Shown here in pieces: positions 62,917 through 64,000 of a stretch of DNA of 64,000 nucleotides (within the stretch, counting starts at the first letter, position 1; each line of letters begins with the position of its first letter). The stretch spans positions 14,014,001-14,078,000 of the forward strand of contig OZ076409.1 of the NCBI GenBank assembly GCA_964187785.1. Reading direction: 5' to 3'. Origin of the DNA: Amphiscolops sp. MND2022 (taxonomy: Eukaryota). The position numbers and the translations under genes were made by a program. The notes under the pieces were generated by a model, which was given only the letters and a program-made list of their open reading frames with translations, made no database searches and was not told the origin of the DNA.

Positions 62917-63943
62917 AAACAAGCCGGGAACGGCCCAAGTCGGCGCCATATCTAAGGCTCAAAAACAGCAAAAGGACTTCAAAGTGTCAAAGTATTCTCT
63001 TCTACGGTACCGGAAAAACCCAAAAGTTGAACCGAATTGGCGCACCAGAGGGGACACTTTGAGATTTTTCATCCATTCTGTCCCAAATCAAAAAAAATGA
63101 AGGAGGGGCACTTTTGGTTAAAAAAAAATTTTGAAAAAAAGTCTCACAATGCCGAAAAAATTGAAAGGGGGGACCCTTTGGGATTTTTCAACATCCGTTC
63201 TGTCGGAAAACTCCCAAAAAATTGAAGGGGGGACCCTTTGGGGATATTTTTTTTTCGAAAAGTCTCACAGCGCCGAAAATACTCTAAGGCAGTACCCTTT
63301 GGTCCCTTTGAGTTTCTTAGATGATGTAAAAATACTACTTCGCAAGCTTTTGCGCCAGTATTTTAAATTTGCTAAGTAAGAATTGTAAGGATTTTAAGAT
63401 TGTAAGAATTGTAAGAAAAGTGGACCTTTCAGTGTGAGGATTGTAGTCTGAAGAAACAAGACGAGAACGTCTAAAGTCGGCGCCATATCTAAGGCTCAAA
63501 AAGCGCAAAACATTTTTTTTGGAAAAAAAACTTGTAATTTTTGAAAAAAAAATTCTTTCAAAAAAAGTCGCATAGTACCGAAAAATGTAGAAGGGGGGAC
63601 CCTTTGGGATTGATTAACATACATTCAGTTGCAAAATTTGAGAAAACTCGAAGGGGGGCCCTTTTGAGACATTAAAATATTTTCGAAAAAAAAGTCTCAC
63701 AGAGCCGAAAATACTGTAAGGAGGGCGTACCCTTTGGCCCCGTTGAGTTTCTTAGATGATGTAAAAATACTACTTCGCAAGCTTTTGCGCCAGTACTTTA
63801 AATTTGCTAAGTAAGAATTGTAAGATTTCAAGATTGTAAGAATTGTAAGAAAAGTGGACCTTTCAGTGTGAGGCTGAAGAAAAAAAAGGTCACTGCTATA
63901 GTCGGGCATTTTTCCTTAAAAGGATAAAGCGCCGATTAAAAAT
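62917..63943 (+). mobile_element. Two head-to-tail copies of DINE-1/Helentron-associated-like repeat in protocadherin intron
   Basis: Starts AAACAAG...AAGTCGGCGCCATATCTAAGGCTCAAAAA at 62917 and ~63454; ~180-bp block duplicated (63260-63440, 63693-63873); terminal hairpin TAGTCGGG...CCGATTA followed by an A-run. Confidence 0.6.
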
Positions 63944-64000
63944 AGCTTAATTCGATAAACTCACTTAACATTTCCACAAGTATTGTTCTCGTGTCTTTTT

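Overview
This is an AT-rich animal (invertebrate-like) genomic window, not prokaryotic, and it is mostly nested transposable elements. Five Ty3/Gypsy-type LTR retrotransposon loci and one solo LTR are present. (A) A truncated element at 1-2342(-). (B) An internally deleted, non-autonomous element at 22451-30572(+), with 2182-bp LTRs and TSD CTTGG. (C) A decayed element at ~11.0-15.4 kb, preceded by a degenerate SGNH/GDSL hydrolase ORF and cut by a 200-N gap. (D) A young, almost intact 16.0-kb element at 31032-47038(+), with 2154-bp LTRs and TSD CATAT. (E) An old element at 48019-53145(-), with ~200-bp LTRs and TSD TGTTT. A solo LTR related to D lies at 4157-6916(-), TSD ACTAC. There are also several MITE/Helentron-like repeats, and the first large coding exon of a protocadherin-like host gene at 59056-60497. 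The main discovery is in element D: between pol and the 3' LTR it carries an antisense, intron-containing gene. I could splice it by hand through 8 coding exons with canonical GT-AG sites and consistent phases into an open ~1067-aa protein. That protein looks like a catalytically dead hAT-transposase derivative with a C2H2/BED-like zinc finger. Elements A, B, D and the solo LTR also share very long LTRs that contain the gag start and the first ~130-200 codons. In A, B and D the PBS is read in frame as MVTG, and B and D have a conserved A-AAA-AAC -1 frameshift site. All coordinates, mismatch counts and family assignments were made by eye; no searches were run.
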